From assembly GCA_964016885.1 (NCBI GenBank), contig OZ024740.1, forward strand, positions 334,490,001 through 334,554,000: a stretch of 64,000 nt of DNA. Direction: 5' to 3'. Shown here piece by piece: positions 18,711 through 38,931 of the stretch (its first letter is position 1; each line of letters begins with the position of its first letter). The notes under the pieces are model-generated. The model was not told where the DNA came from. It did no database searches and was given only the letters and a program-made list of their open reading frames with translations. The position numbers and the translations under genes are program-made. This stretch comes from Eledone cirrhosa. Taxonomy: Eukaryota.

Positions 18711-19335
18711 ATATATGTGTGTGTGTGTGTGTACAGAGAGAGAGAGAATTACTTATCTCTACAGATAAAAATGAAAATAATTAAGTAAATAAAAGTTAAT
18801 TTAACTCTTTAATAATTAATAGAATAACCGAACAAGATATCCACCGATGCAAAATAATTCAGCAAATGAATAATTAAGTTGAATCTAGGTAAGTACAGAA
18901 AGATTCCAAAGGTTATTATTTGTTAATATTTGCAATATAACTTTTAAAATTGTTTAGAGCTTTGGGTCATCTCAGTGGTTGTGTGGTACAATTGCTGGTA
19001 AAATAATTGTATAGCTGCTGATTTTGATTGGCAAACATTGTTCTGAGGTCCAACTCCTCCACGTGCCAGAAAAAAACCCGAAGATCGTTACTACTATTTT
19101 GTGGATGTGTATACTTTACTAGATCTCTTGATTTATTTGAGAAGGTAAGAAATGTTTAATATATTCTATAATCCGTATTTTTACATTACGGTCAATTGCA
19201 TACAGAGAAATAAAGATGAACTTTTCAAAAATCTATTCATTCGATACGAAAATTAAATGATCGTATTGTAGTTGTGTGTGGGCTCCTTTGTCTCTTCTTG
19301 GTAACCAATAATTTTAGACATAGTCCACCTCTGTC

Positions 19336-19396
<61 letters not shown>

Positions 19397-19597
19397 ATAT
19401 ATATTTATATATATTTAACGGGATCATCTGAAGATCCCGTTAACGGTGAAAGCAGCGATTATTTGCCTAAACTTTAATTTGTTATTTTAATAAATATTTG
19501 CTCTACGGTTCTTATATATTTGATATATATTTATCCTTATCGAGGCCTCTTTGGATTTTAGTCTTCAAATGTTATTATTATTACTATATATATATAT

Positions 19598-20142
19598 AGA
19601 AGTGGTTACACAACAGTTAGTTCAACATACCGAGAACAATTGGTTCACCTTCGCGGATCTTCAGCTCGGGATGTGTAGGTTATAGGAACAGGAAGGACAA
19701 CCGTACGAACGCGCATGCGCAGAGACTCGGTCACTTCACACAGGCAATACTAGACTGCGTGCGGGGGGTATGACTATCCGCCATAGTGATTGCCTAAACA
19801 CGAGAAGTGAATTTTTCACACGTTGTCCACACGTCACCAAACATCTATTGCATAACTACAAGGCTCCGGACTGATTCTTTGTAATTTTATTTTAAATTCT
19901 TTTATTTTATTTTCAACCAAAAAACTTTCCGGACTTTCGCAGTTATCTCCCTTACCCCCCCCCCCCTCCCTCCCCCGCACGCAGTCTAGTATTGCCTGTG
20001 TTTAAGTGACCGAGTTTCTGCGCATGCGCGTTCGTACGGTTGTCCTTCCTGTTCCTATAACCATACACATCCCGAGCTGAAGATCCGCTAAGGTGAAACA
20101 ATTGTTCTCGGTATGGTGAACTAACTGTTGTATAACCACTTC
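19598..20142. mobile_element. Fold-back non-coding module (arms ~19598-19768 / ~19972-20142) with HHR
   Basis: Near-perfect inverted arms between (TA)n tracts. Confidence 0.8.
20072..20111 (+). ncRNA. Minimal type I hammerhead (mirror 19630-19669 has GAAC instead of GAAA)
   Basis: CCGAG-CTGAAGA-TCCGCTAAGGT-GAAA-CAATTG-TT-CTCGG; palindromic ACAATTGT stem III. Confidence 0.82.
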
Positions 20143-22288
20143 TACCTAACTCGTCTACAACTACTGATATTACCTTCCAGTGTTCCACCACTATATATAT
20201 ATATATGAAAAGAGTCAGGATCCCGACCGCTGAGCTCCGGCCGTTTTGACAGCTAGGTCTGAACTGCTCAGACATAGCTGTCGAAACGGCCGGACCTCAG
20301 CCGTCGGGGTCCTGATCGTTTCCTATTACCCACTCTACTACCCACTATCGAGTACTTTGGTGTGTTCTGGCCACCTGGTTACTTATCACACTTCCTTCGT
20401 TATATACGATATATATATATATTATAGTGAGTAAAATCTAAGTTGCACCTGCTATTAGCATCTCTCGAAAACAATCCTCAGAAAATAAGATTTTCACCAT
20501 TGGAAGGGGTGCCAGAAGTGTGCAAGTTCGCGCAGACTCTTGCCTGGTGTACGGTAATAATAAAGGAGAATGGAAACACCTTTGTTTATTCCCACTGCTG
20601 TCATGAAGAATTCTCGATTGTTATCCACGAGAACTATTCTGTTTGAGTACTCGTACTTTTATTTAATTAATTGAATGAGTTAGCCGTCTAATTGAAATCC
20701 TTCATCACTTGACACCAATCCACGTGCGAATCATAATCGAAGGTATTTTGAAATCGATGAGATTGCTGCTGAAGATGTTCTCAGTTAGTATTCTGATGTT
20801 AAATATCTGACACGATCTACGTTTTGGGGCGTGAATTCTTAGTTTTTTATAACGTGTTTTAATCTCTCTTACCCTTAAATCTCTTTAGAAGAACTCATAA
20901 CAATAATGTGCTAGGTTGTTTAATTATACAAATGTATGGGTATCATACGCAATAGGACCGTTCGATTGACCACAGCCTTTTCTCCCATATCTATATATTA
21001 ACAAATAAATAAATAAGTACACACATACATATATATATATATAATTCATACATACATAATTCCATGAACACGTGTACAGATACAAAACAAATGCCCATGG
21101 ACCTTAAGCTTCCACATCTGCACATACAATAACATCCATACCTGCACACACACGCACGCATATAGATTTCTGCACCTAGTTGATTTCTGCTAAATTCCAA
21201 TGAAAGAGTCTTGTATCTATGCTAGAAACCGACTTTCGCTTTATTGGTAAAAAATACATAAAATTATGAAAACAGAACATACGTACATACAAACATACAT
21301 ACACACATTATAGCTGTTCGCCTATGATGTATTTTTATATATTAGATATAGACATGGGCTATCGTGGATATAATTAATATAAAAACAACTATGAGCTATG
21401 TCACCAATAGCCTTTTTTCACTCTCAGATATCTATAGTTAGGAGAATGATATTCTAGAATACGCGGAAGTATAGCTTGAGTTTATATCTATTGCAGGCAG
21501 TGATCTAGATGTGGCAATGGAATGGATAGGAGATTCACTAAATGTCATGTGTTTTGATTTATTGATTTTGTGATAATGTTCAGATACAAAGAGATTCGAC
21601 TGTACACTAAGTAACCAACATTTTCAAAGTGCGCTATGTATGTTGATAAATGTATCTTAAAAATATCACATTTCCAGGATCGACAATTGATGTGGAAACT
21701 TTATTTTTAATGAAATATAGCATTAATGTTATTTCCCAAGGATTTTATGTCTCTAAATTTCTAGATGCGGAACCCAAATATACAATTACGTTTGAAATCA
21801 TAAAAATTCTTTAGGGTATACAAAAAGTATAAATCAGTATTATTGACACCAATACAATATAGAAGCTCATGCTACTGACGGGAAATATCAGAATCCATCT
21901 ATGATATATGTATGCATGTATATATGTATATATATATATATATCTATATATATACATATATATATATATATATAAACACATAAGCATATATAGAGTGCAG
22001 AATCATTAAATAGTTTAATGTGTTTCTACTATAGATTGACGGCTGAATGCATTGGTTGCGACGTATTCAAATATAGCGCAAGCCACATCTAATTTATGCT
22101 AACACGAGGAATTCTTCAAACATTGTATAAATAATTTTATTTTGATCAAATCCCACCAGATAGACAAATTAAAGTTATGGAGGCAGCGTTTAATATACAC
22201 ATGCATATATACCTTCATACATATATACATACGTAAATATATATATAATATATATATATATATTATATACATATATACATACGTAAAT

Positions 22289-22343
<55 letters not shown>

Positions 22344-22498
22344 CATATATATATTATATATTATATATATATGTTATATTATATATATATGTATTATATA
22401 TTATATATATATTATATATTATATAAATTTATGTTATATATATATATTATATATATACTATATATATATTATATATTATATATATATATATATATTAT

Positions 22499-23430
22499 AT
22501 AAAGAATTAGTATATCTACCAACATATATATACAGATGCATACCTATGCTAGCAAATATATAGGTTTTGTTTTAGTAAATTGTGGTTCAATGCAAGGGGA
22601 TGCAGAGCAATTATATGAAAGACGTAAAATAAGGAAATTATAAAAATTAAATTGCTAAAATTTCACTCCAACTAATTAGTTTCTGAAAGGGAATAAACAT
22701 GTTTTCCAAATGGAAAGCATGGAAAAGCCTTTCGTCATCAGGGAGTCTGTTCTCAGCTAAGTTCCCAGGCGATGCGTGGACACAGAGAACATATACAAAA
22801 ATAATTCAGTGGATGGAAAAAAGCAAGCGTGGTCTAAATTTCAAGACATTGAAAAAATCACTGCCTACTTGGTCGGTGGCAAATTCAAAAGAATCAATCA
22901 CGTGACATTGAGGTTAATCGGTGATGAGTGGGGTGTTTAAAAGACAATAGCCGAGCCATTACTATGAACTATAGTAGCAGTTTTGGCAAATTTTTGCTCA
23001 ACGAAATAATTTGGAGATAATTATAAAGAATTAGTATATCTACCAACATATATATACAGATGCATACCTATGCTAGCAAATATATAGGTTTTGTCTTAGT
23101 AACGTTGTGGTTCAATGCAAGGGGATGCAGAACAATTATATGAAAGACGTAAAATAAGAAAATTATAAAAATTAACTTACTTACTAAAATTTCACTCCAA
23201 CTAATTAGTTTCTGAAAGGGAATAAACATGGTTTCCAAATTGAAAGCATGGAAAAGCCTTTCGTCATCAGGAAGTCTGTTCTCAGCTAAGTTCCCAGGCG
23301 ATGCGTGGACACGGAACTTATACAAAAATAATTCAGTGGATGGAAAAAACAATCACGTGACATCGAGGTTAATCAGTGGAGTGAAATTTGAGTAAGTTAA
23401 TTTTTATAATTTTCTTATTTTACGTCTTTC

Positions 23431-23432
<2 letters not shown>
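22499..23432 (-). mobile_element. Tandem ~529 bp HHR-containing non-coding units (retrozyme or pseudo-LTR-like); family also at 62560-64000
   Basis: 22499-22920 repeats at 23023-23375 (HHR offset 529); short terminal inversion at 23378-23432; (TA)n on both sides. Confidence 0.8.
22665..22746 (-). ncRNA. Type I hammerhead, long stem II (second copy 23194-23275)
   Basis: Reverse complement ACTCC-CTGATGA-CGAAAGG...CCTTTCA-GAAA-CTAATTAG-TT-GGAGT. Confidence 0.85.
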
Positions 23433-23461
<29 letters not shown>

Positions 23462-23539
23462 ATATATAATATATAATATATATATATATATCATATATAT
23501 TATATATATATAACATATAATAAAAAAGATTGGGTTGGT

Positions 23540-25960
23540 AACCATCCATCTCACATCCCCTTCTTCATTCTTACTGAGACTCACCTACACAACTCTCACT
23601 TGGAGGCCGTAGTATGAGGGGAATTGCACAACCATCCGCCTGGATCGTGTTGGCAGAAGGACGGGTGGAATTGCCATTTTCCTGCATGATTTCTTTACAG
23701 CAGATGGTAACACAACATTCTCTAATGGCTACTGTCATTCAGTCACTGTGCACAACAAAGCCAATGACATGATATTACTTGGGCTCTATAAGCCTCCCCA
23801 AACACCTATAATCTGCTTCAAAGAATGACTGAACAGCATTAAATAATTTATTCAACAGTGCCATTCTAGCAACATACTTTTGAAGGGAGACTTTAATCTA
23901 CCCTGTGTCGAATGGTCTACAAACAGCTTGAACCCAGGCATTCCAACCTCAACCACTGACAAAGAAACAGTCGAGTTTATGAATGAGTTTTTCTTGTCTC
24001 AACTTGTCCTTGCACCAACAAGGCATTAGACGAACATTCTGGATCTAGTGTTTAGTAACTACACTAACACTATACATAATATTACAGTAGAAAAAACCCT
24101 TCTCTCAGACCATGACATGGTTCTTTGTAATCTAAGATTCCACCAGCCGAAAGCTGATCCTAGGGATCTCTTTCCACCCCACCCATTTGATAACATGGAT
24201 CTCTATAATGGCAACTGTGATGCACTTATGAATGAACTATCACATGTTGACTGGTCTTTTACACACGCACACATTTTCACCAACATCAAAATATCTTTGC
24301 AGATCTTTGTAGACACTGTCACAAATATACGTACAAAACACACCCACGAAAACCTGTTAACAAAATCAAGTGCAGTATCCCCCAAAACAGAAAAACAATT
24401 ATCTGAAAAATAAAATGATCAAACAAAGAAAATTCAGCAACACACACATTCGACGACAATCTCCCTGCTGCAGTCAAATAAATATAACCTCCAGCAATGC
24501 ATCATGACCATCATCAATAACCAGAGAACAGCTGAAGAGAGGTGGGCCATTGAGAAAATCAAACTCAACCCTAAAGTGTTCTTTTCATTTGCTAAAAAGC
24601 ACAAGGTCACAGTCTCCACTGTTGGCTCTCTAGTTGATGAAAATAGCACTCTCCAAGATAATGCCAAAACCAGGGGCGAGATACTGCAGAAACAATACTG
24701 CCCTGTTTTTAGCAATCCCGATAAGGCCGATCTGGGCTGTATTAGTGATGTTAATCCCCATCACACTATATCGGACATAACGTTTGGCGCCCCTAATATC
24801 TTAGTGGCACAAACGAAATTAAACACAATTCAGCACTAGGCCCCGACAGGTTCCTTGCTGGTGTCCTGAAGGTGTGTCGACACCAACTTGTATCCCCTCT
24901 TGCTAATCTGTGGATGAACTCACTGGATACTGGCTATATTCCTGAAAACATTATGTCCCAGTCTTCAAAAAGGGAAATAAGTCCCTTGTAGTGAACTACC
25001 ATCCGATCTCACTCACCTCTCATATCATCAAGGTATTTGAGAGGGTGGTGAGATCACGAATAACCCACTTTCTTGAAAGCAACGGCCTGCTGAACTCCAA
25101 TCCGTAATGGAAGGGATTGTCTAACGCAGCTCCTGCATCACTTTGACGATGTTTTGAGAGCCTTGGGAGAGGGCTCCAACACTGATGTCATCAACCTTCA
25201 TTTTAGAAAGTCTTTTAACAAGGTTGATCATAAGATTCTACTGAAAAGACTATCCAATATTGGTATCTCTGAAAGTTACTACAGTGGATCAAATGTTTTC
25301 TGCCAGACAGAACCCAACATGTTGTAGTCGAAGGAGTAAAATTAAGTCCTGCCAAAGTCAGCAATGGCGTTCCACAAGGCACTGTGTTGGGCCCACTTCT
25401 TTTCATCATGTACATTAATGACATTACTAACATCATCAAGCACAGCATTATAAGAATCTTCGTAGATGATTCCAAGCTCCAAAGGATCATCAATGAGGTG
25501 GGTGACCGGACATGCCTTCAGTCAGACCTACTGGCTGTTATCCAATGGGCATAAAAGAACATTATGCTGTTGAATGAGGATAAGTTTCAATTAATCTACT
25601 TTGGAAAAAAGGATGCCCTGAAACTACCACACACTCTTCCTTTGGCTGAAACTCTCGTGGCATCCAATAACATCAGAGACCTGGGAGTAATCATGGACAA
25701 CAACATAAGCCGGACAACTCATATAAACAGCAAAGTTGATATGGCCCGCAGAATGTGTTCCTAGATTCTCAGAACTTTCCAGTCGAGAGATATCCACATT
25801 GTTATCCTTCTCTTCTACACATTTGCCCGACCCCACCTTGAATACTTTTGTCCACTGTGGTCTCCCCAGACGAAACAAAGTATCATGAAAGTTGAAGCAC
25901 CCCAAAGATCGATTACAAAAAAGATAGATGGCACGACAGGCCTTGACTATTGGAGTCGAT
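23540..25960 (+). pseudogene. Degraded CR1/L2-like LINE ORF2 (APE endonuclease + RT)
   Basis: GGIAIF, KGDFNLP, NILDLVFSN, SDHDMV (APE); YHPISLTSHIIKVFERVV, NKVDH, GVPQGTVLGPLLFIMYIND, FVDDSKL (RT); many stops and frameshifts. Confidence 0.85.
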
Positions 25961-26309
25961 AATAAAAACTCAAAAAGATGAGTATTGACGTACGTCAATA
26001 CTCATCTTTTTCCATTTCTCCGAGGGTTCTTAACCCCACTATCAGGCTAAATAATTTCTTTAATTTCTTTAGTCAAAATACGGCGATAGCTAACATTTCT
26101 AATAATTTCAAATCCACTCGCTGTTTCGAAAATATTCTTACTTGATATATATATATATATTAGAAAGTGAGGTTTATTTTACAAATTGAAAAATAACCGA
26201 GGTGTCCTACACGAGTGAAAGTATAAAGAAAAAGAGATGAAATCGAAAATGCAACTGGAGTCTTATTTTTAAAAAAAATAAGACTCCAGTTGCATTTTCG
26301 ATTTCATCT

Positions 26310-26348
<39 letters not shown>

Positions 26349-26389
26349 CGAAACATATGTCAATTGCATGAACTCATAATCCTTTATTT

Positions 26390-26445
26390 ACTGCTATATA
26401 TATTTCGATGATAGCCATTGAATGGCTATGACCTCATCAGGCAGT
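26390..26445 (-). ncRNA. Type I hammerhead in a ~150 bp solo island between (TA)n
   Basis: Reverse complement ACTGC-CTGATGA-GGTCATAGCCATTCAATGGCTATCATC-GAAA-TATATA-TA-GCAGT. Confidence 0.85.
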
Positions 26446-26491
26446 TAATCAGTTCTTAGATATGCCTGCTCTGTGTTTATGGTGTCAGAGG

Positions 26492-26551
<60 letters not shown>

Positions 26552-27022
26552 TTAAAATATATAATAAACACGAAATGTGTTTATATTGCAACAGACAAAG
26601 TTAGCTATTAATGAAATAAACTAATTAAAGTGAATACAATTTGTCTGTCTCGATATAAGTCAATAAAGACAAGCTTATATTGGCAACGGCCATGATTCCT
26701 GGACATATTTAAATTTCAAAATTCAAACCTGTTCTGTAGACGAATTTGAACCTCGAAACCCAAATAAGTTTCGCAACGGTGGTATGTGAATTGAAAAATA
26801 AAGAGAATCGAAATGGAATAGAAATAAAAGAGTGAAATATCCAAATCTTCTGTGCTTATCAACAGGAATCCAGTAAAATTAGTCTATCTCACATCAAAAA
26901 TTTTGCAGGTCTGACTACACATGTGCAGGCAGGCCAAAACTAGCTATCCGGCATTCACGGTGCTAGAAATAACAGCGGCTTATGCAGGATTAAGGATCAG
27001 CTCTACAATAAAGGAGCTATAC

Positions 27023-27151
27023 ATTATATTATATTTTGAGAATAAACTCTCAGTCGTTTATCATATATTTTAAATGTATTTAACTGCTCGGAAGAGCCCC
27101 TTCCTGGAGCTTAATTATTGTAAACGACTGAGAGTTTATTCTCAAAATATA

Positions 27152-27158
<7 letters not shown>
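27023..27158. repeat. Short inverted repeat (~38 bp arms) ending in (TA)n
   Basis: TTATATTTTGAGAATAAACTCTCAGTCGTTTA vs TAAACGACTGAGAGTTTATTCTCAAAATATAA. Confidence 0.7.
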
Positions 27159-27232
<74 letters not shown>

Positions 27233-27246
27233 ATACATATATATAA

Positions 27247-27304
<58 letters not shown>

Positions 27305-27305
<1 letters not shown>

Positions 27306-28339
27306 CTCTCTCGTCTACGATTTCTCAGAACTTACGTTCACCGAAATCACAGACTAGATCCCTTCTTCTTCCCGTTAGACCTGTACGGAATTCCTTCCTT
27401 GCCTACATTCCAACCAGGTTTGATGGTCTTTATTCTCTCTCGTTCACAATTTCACCGAATTTAAATTCATAGAAATTTGGGACTTGACTCCTTCTTCCTC
27501 ACTTTTCGTTGCTTCACTATTTGTGTTTGTTTACACTCGTGTTCCCTTTATTTACGTGTCCCAACGACTTTTTTTAGCCGTTGCTCGCACCAACCGGAGG
27601 TATATGGTCTTTAAAGCGATGAAATACCAATGATGGTTGGAAGATCACTGATGAAGGACTAACTTTATTCATATGTAACCCATTAGCAACGCCACAGCAC
27701 GTTTTTCTCATATTTACACATATTATTTTCCCCGCTGTTACACGTCTATTTCGTTCTTGCTGCTTCCTCTTTCTCTGTATCTTTACCCTCTCTAGCAGTC
27801 ACTCTCTCTGTTAGCCTCTTCCTCACCCTTCACACTCATTGTCTGTTACTACCTCTCCGCCTCCTCCTTCTTGCCGTTTGACCTGTGCGTAATTCTTTTC
27901 TTTCGCACCCTTGGTCTGGCAGGTCGCTTTTTTTCTCTCTCTCGTCTACGATTTCACAGAACTTACGTTCACCGAAATCACAGACTAGATCCCTTCTTCC
28001 TCCCATTAGACCTGTACGGAATTCCTTCCTTGCTTACATTCCAACCAGGTTTGATGGTCTTTATTCTCTCTCGTTCACGATTTCACCGATTTAAATCCAT
28101 AGAAATTTGGGACTTGACTCCTTCTTCCTCACTTTTCGTTGCTTCACCATTTTTGTTTCTTTACACTCGTGTTCCCTTTATTTACGTGTCCCAACGACTT
28201 TTTTTAGCCGTTGCTCGCACCAACCGGAGGTATATGGTCTTTAAAGCGATGAAATACCAATGATGGTTGGAAGATCACTGATGAAGGACTAACTTTATTC
28301 ATATGTAACCCATTAGCAATCTCGCAGCACGTTTTTCTC

Positions 28340-28340
<1 letters not shown>
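27305..28340 (+). repeat. Partial tandem repeat (period 630 bp), pseudo-LTR-like; related sequences at ~41020-41360 and ~42040-42590
   Basis: 27305-27710 repeats at 27935-28340; shared GATGAAATACCAATG...ATCACTGATGA.GGACT motif. Confidence 0.7.
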
Positions 28341-28395
<55 letters not shown>

Positions 28396-28417
28396 ATACA
28401 TATATATATACATATAC

Positions 28418-29790
<1,373 letters not shown>

Positions 29791-29802
29791 CATATATATA
29801 TA

Positions 29803-30330
29803 GGTAATTTATTCCGGGTTGAATCGGGGGTAACCACAGTAAGTAAGGTAATCAATACATAGCAGCGTATAACATTTTTTATATAGATGATATTCTATAG
29901 AACTAGAACTGTTTCATTGTTTAGAAATCATCAGGACTCTGGCTTTCCAAAAATAAATGTTGTGGTATTTATATCTTTTCAGGTGGAAGGAGAGGGTGGG
30001 GAGTTGGATGGTTGGAGGTCATTGGTTGAAAGAAAAGGGAATTCATTGAAAGCCAATTTCTTAAGGCAATAATTTATATTTAGAGTGACAAAGGCAGAAA
30101 TAATTCTATAAACAAGTTCAGAATAGGGTGCCACTCCTTATTTTTAAGTTTCTCTTAAGCTAACAATGCCTATATTTCAGGTGTCTATAAAATGGTTGGG
30201 GGTCGGTCATGGTTAATGGATTTAAAGAAAAGGGAAATTCTTTAAAAGCTAATTCTTTAAACTCTACTTAGCGTGACAAAGGCCAAGAGAATTCTATAAA
30301 CAAGTTCAAAATATTGTCGTATTTTTCTTA
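29803..30330 (-). mobile_element. Diverged solo pseudo-LTR of the PLE-A family with HHR at 29891-29940
   Basis: Similar to 11405-11930 (TTATTCCGGGTTGAATCGG...CTAGAACTGTTTCATT...ATCATCAGG). Confidence 0.8.
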
Positions 30331-30471
30331 AGCTTTATTCCAGGTGTCACCAGACACATTCACATACACACACATATATATATATATTAATATATGTGTG
30401 AATGTATATATGTATATATATATGTATATATATATGTATATATATATGTATATATATATGTATATAGATAT

Positions 30472-30517
<46 letters not shown>

Positions 30518-30597
30518 ACACATATACATACATATATACATACACATATATATATATATATACACATATATTTATACATATATATACATACATACAC

Positions 30598-30638
<41 letters not shown>

Positions 30639-30650
30639 GGAACAAGTAAG

Positions 30651-30744
30651 ACCCCGACGGCTGAGCTCAAGCCGTTTCGACGGCTAATTCTGGACTGAAT
30701 GAAAATTTATTCTGGTATTTAAATAGCCGAGCTTATCAAGGGGT
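30651..30744 (-). ncRNA. Type I hammerhead with U3:A8 core; 3'-half copies at ~17210, ~20220, ~20280, ~40775, ~50260, ~50320
   Basis: Reverse complement ACCCC-TTGATAA-GCTCGGCTA...TAGCCGTC-GAAA-CGG cttgagctcag CCG-TC-GGGGT. Confidence 0.72.
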
Positions 30745-30859
30745 AATTCCATATATGGTCAAAGAGACAATCACCAGGATTGGTCACATCACAAGTTAGT
30801 TAGTTTTGCGACAATCAGGACTTCGGTACCAAGGAGAGATTCGGATTTATTACCTACAC

Positions 30860-32824
30860 ATCTCCCCCCCCCCGAACCCTTTGCTCTCACCCTTCGAGAA
30901 TGACCTCTTCCAACTGGTCAAGACCCTTAACTTGAAACCCAGACACAACCGATTCCTACAAAAACCCCGTAGCAACTTAACAGAGTATGATAACACCAAT
31001 GACATCATGGTGCATTCGGATAAAACTGGGAACCTATAGTTTGTCAACCCCGACAAATACCACACACTGATCAGGAGCAGCCTAAACTCCACCTATAAAA
31101 AGGCTAACCACTCATGCATCGAGGACATTAATCGAGATGGACAACAAATTACCTCCAGCCTCGGGGTCGCTGACCGCACCGAACCCCTAGACCCACGGAC
31201 ACCATATTTCACACTGAAGGACCACAAATCCGATTTCGACCGTAAACCATCTATCAGGCTTATAAACCCAACGAAGTCCGACATAGGGAGAATCAGCAAA
31301 AAAATCCTAGACCGCGTGATACCAAAAGTCAAGCAACACGCCCGACTTAGCCTATGGATCAACACCCAGGAAGTTATGTCATGGTTCAGCAATATGGAGG
31401 ATAAACGAGACACTAAATTTATCCAGTTCGACATAGAGAGCTACTATGCTTCAATCACCTTACCGCTACTTACTGCCGCCTTGGACTTCGCCGAAGCACT
31501 TGTGCCCATCACCGACCAGGAAAGAAAAATCATCCTCCACTCCAGGAAGACAGTCTTACTCTTTGACAACTCCAAATGGATAAAAAGAGCTCCCGACTCA
31601 CCCTTCGACGTCAGCATGGGCGCGACGGATTCGGCGGAGGTCACAGACCTTATAGGATTATTCCTTATAGCCAAACTCACCGATATGTTTTCTGCTTTCG
31701 GTGGTGGATTGTACCGTGATGATGGGCTGCTTACCCTTAAAGGGTACAACCCCAGTAGTACAGATCGGGTCCGTAAACAATTAATCAGCCTATTCCGCGA
31801 CTGGGGATTTAAAATAACCCTACAAACGTCCCTGACCCAAGTTAATTTCCTGGACGTTACCCTTGATTTTAATAATGACCTGTACTACCCGTACAGGAAA
31901 CCCAATAACAACCTGCACTACATCCACCGCCGATCTAACCATCCTAGGAACATCACCAACAACCTGGTCAAAAACATCTCCCTCCGCATATCCCGTTTGT
32001 CAGCTAATGAGAATATATTCAATGAACATGCGCCTTACTACAACCAGGCCCTCAAGCGGAGTGGTTTCCGGGAGGAAATATCCTACTGTCCAGCTCCCAT
32101 TAGCGGAACTAGCAGGCGACACCACCGCTCACGCAATGTAACATTGTTCAATCCTCCCCACAACGCCGAGGTGACAACTCCCATCGCGAAAATTTTCTTT
32201 AGGCTCATTGAAAAACACTTCCCACCACAACACCACTACCACAACATAATTAACAAAAATACCATCAAACTCTCTTACAGCACTACACCTAACTTCGCAC
32301 AAAAGATCGTCTCCTCCAACAACAAAAAACTCAACCCCGATGGAAGAAACAACCTAAATAGCAGTGGAGAGCCGACCAGGAGGTGCAATTGTCCTGATAG
32401 ATCCAGTTTCCCCCTCGACAACAGATGCAGAGACCGTAATGTGATCTACCAGTGCAACGTGAGCACGGACACCTCCAACAAAGCTTATATAGAATTAACC
32501 TCATGTGACTTCAAGACCCGGCTATACCAACACAGACATACCTTCCGAAACCCAGCCCGACGTCACGCCACTACACTTTCGGGCCACATATGGGACCTCA
32601 AGGACAACAACATCAACTATGATCTCACTTGGAAATTACTGTCCAGAGCCAACTCTTACAAGGGAGGACGCCGTCCGTGCAATTTATGCTCGGAGGAAAC
32701 TTTACAAATGCTGTTTTCGACGGACCAACTCCTAAACAAGAAAGATGAACTGGTTACTGCATGTAAACACCGATTACGTAGGACTTACCACACCCTCAAA
32801 CCCCATAATGACCAAGGGAGGTAG
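30860..32824 (+). pseudogene. Penelope-like element B: RT + GIY-YIG, same type as A, N-terminus truncated and disrupted
   Basis: ORF 31316-32824 has FIQFDIESYY, MGATDSAEVTDL, LYRDDGL, CNCPD, CNLCSEE, CKH; upstream PFENDLF/SDKTGNL homology is interrupted by a TAG at ~31037; YIG is altered to YIE. Confidence 0.88.
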
Positions 32825-33386
32825 ACTAGGGCTATAACAACCCACTTACCTATTTTGTAATGGGTAATCCCTGCTTGCCAATGGAGACGTAAGATCTTCT
32901 TTTACATTCTTTTATCGCTTCCTCTATATTTCCTTCTTCCCCCATCACTCCATAGTCCTTCTACCCCAGTTCCTTTTCTTTGTCGTCGTCTTTTTCTCGC
33001 CCACCCGAGGTATCCCCTCGGTCCCTTGTAGCTTCAACACCCCCACCGCCTTCCCCTATTCTTTGATAGATTTGGCTGGCTCCGCTTTTTATAGCAGAGG
33101 TGTTAGACTTCGGATACTTGCCCCCTTCTCCGACCGCTGTCCCTTTTTTCCGTGCCTTCTATATCTCTTAGTGGCTTCTTTGCTTTAATTTCTCGTTTAT
33201 CCAATATTTCTTTCTTCTTTTTCCCTTTTTTTTCAGGGGGGGGGGGTGTTTTTGTATTAATTTTCCGTTCTTTACTTTTACTTCGTACGATCTTTCATGT
33301 AGCGTGTATAAGACTTTTCGTTTCGTGGCGGTACCCTTAGAGTTAGCACTAGTATTTTTTTGCGGGACCCTGAATTATATTCTCGT

Positions 33387-37958
<4,572 letters not shown>

Positions 37959-37979
37959 TATATATATATAAATATATAT

Positions 37980-38931
37980 TTAATTTCGTTTCGTTATTTG
38001 TTTTTATCGTCTCCGTTGAACCGGTACGTACTCACACTCTATGCAAATTAGTCTGCCCACTACTAATTTTCATAGAAAAAGCATATAACGATATGTGCTT
38101 TTACGATTCTCCAGAAAGGCCGGTAGATAGGTAAATATTGCTGATGAGTTGTAACAACAACGAAACTAGTTCAATATTCCTTGTCTGGCTTTCTGGAGAA
38201 TAGAGGAAAGGTGTTTCCTCAAAAACCAGTATGACTCTAAAAACCGGTTTGTCTGTGTGTTTACATACAGAATAGCTGGACACTCACGGTAAAGTGACCA
38301 GTGAAAAACTTGGTACATCTACATATGTATACGTGTGTGTATTCATATGCATACTAGTATTTCAGTATACATATGTGGATGTACATTTTTAACTTAATTG
38401 TTTAAGCGTCAGTCATACAAAAGTGAGTTACAAACGAAACGAAATTTAATTTCGTTTCGTTATTTGTTTTTATCGTCTCCGTTGAACCGGTACGTACTCA
38501 CACTCTATGCAAATTAGTCTGCCCACTACTAATTTTCATAGAAAAAGCATATAACGATAGGTGCTTTTACGATTCTCCAGAAAGGCCGGTAGATAGGTAA
38601 ATATTGCTGATGAGTTGTAACAACAACGAAACTAGTTCAATATTCCTTGTCTGGCTTTCTGGAAAATAGAGGAAAGGTGTTTCCTCAAAAACCAGTATGA
38701 CTCTAAAAACCGGTTTGTCTGTGTGTTTACATACAGAATAGCTGGACACTCACGGTAAAGTGACCAGTGAAAAACTTGGTACATCTACATATGTATACGT
38801 GTGTGTATTCATATGCATACTAGTATTTCAGTATACATATGTGGATGTACATTTTTAACTTAATTGTTTAAGCGTCAGTCATACAAAAGTGAGTTACAAA
38901 CGAAACGAAATTTAATTAGGTTTCGTTATTT

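Noticed and set aside
18965-19070. Possible decayed tRNA-derived SINE head
   Set aside because: Only vague A/B-box-like similarity; not supportable without a library search
19448-19480. CTGAAGA-TCCCGTTAACGGT-GAAA-GCAGCG HHR-like motif (related at 41700-41790, 47700-47745)
   Set aside because: No valid UH site or stem I in any copy; possibly a decayed HHR, not called
27585-27670. CTGATGA and GAAA motifs in the 630 bp repeat family (also ~28215-28300, 41025-41060, 42095-42165)
   Set aside because: I could not build a consistent HHR: no stem II/GAAA after CTGATGA, and the alternative register has a broken core and no valid UH
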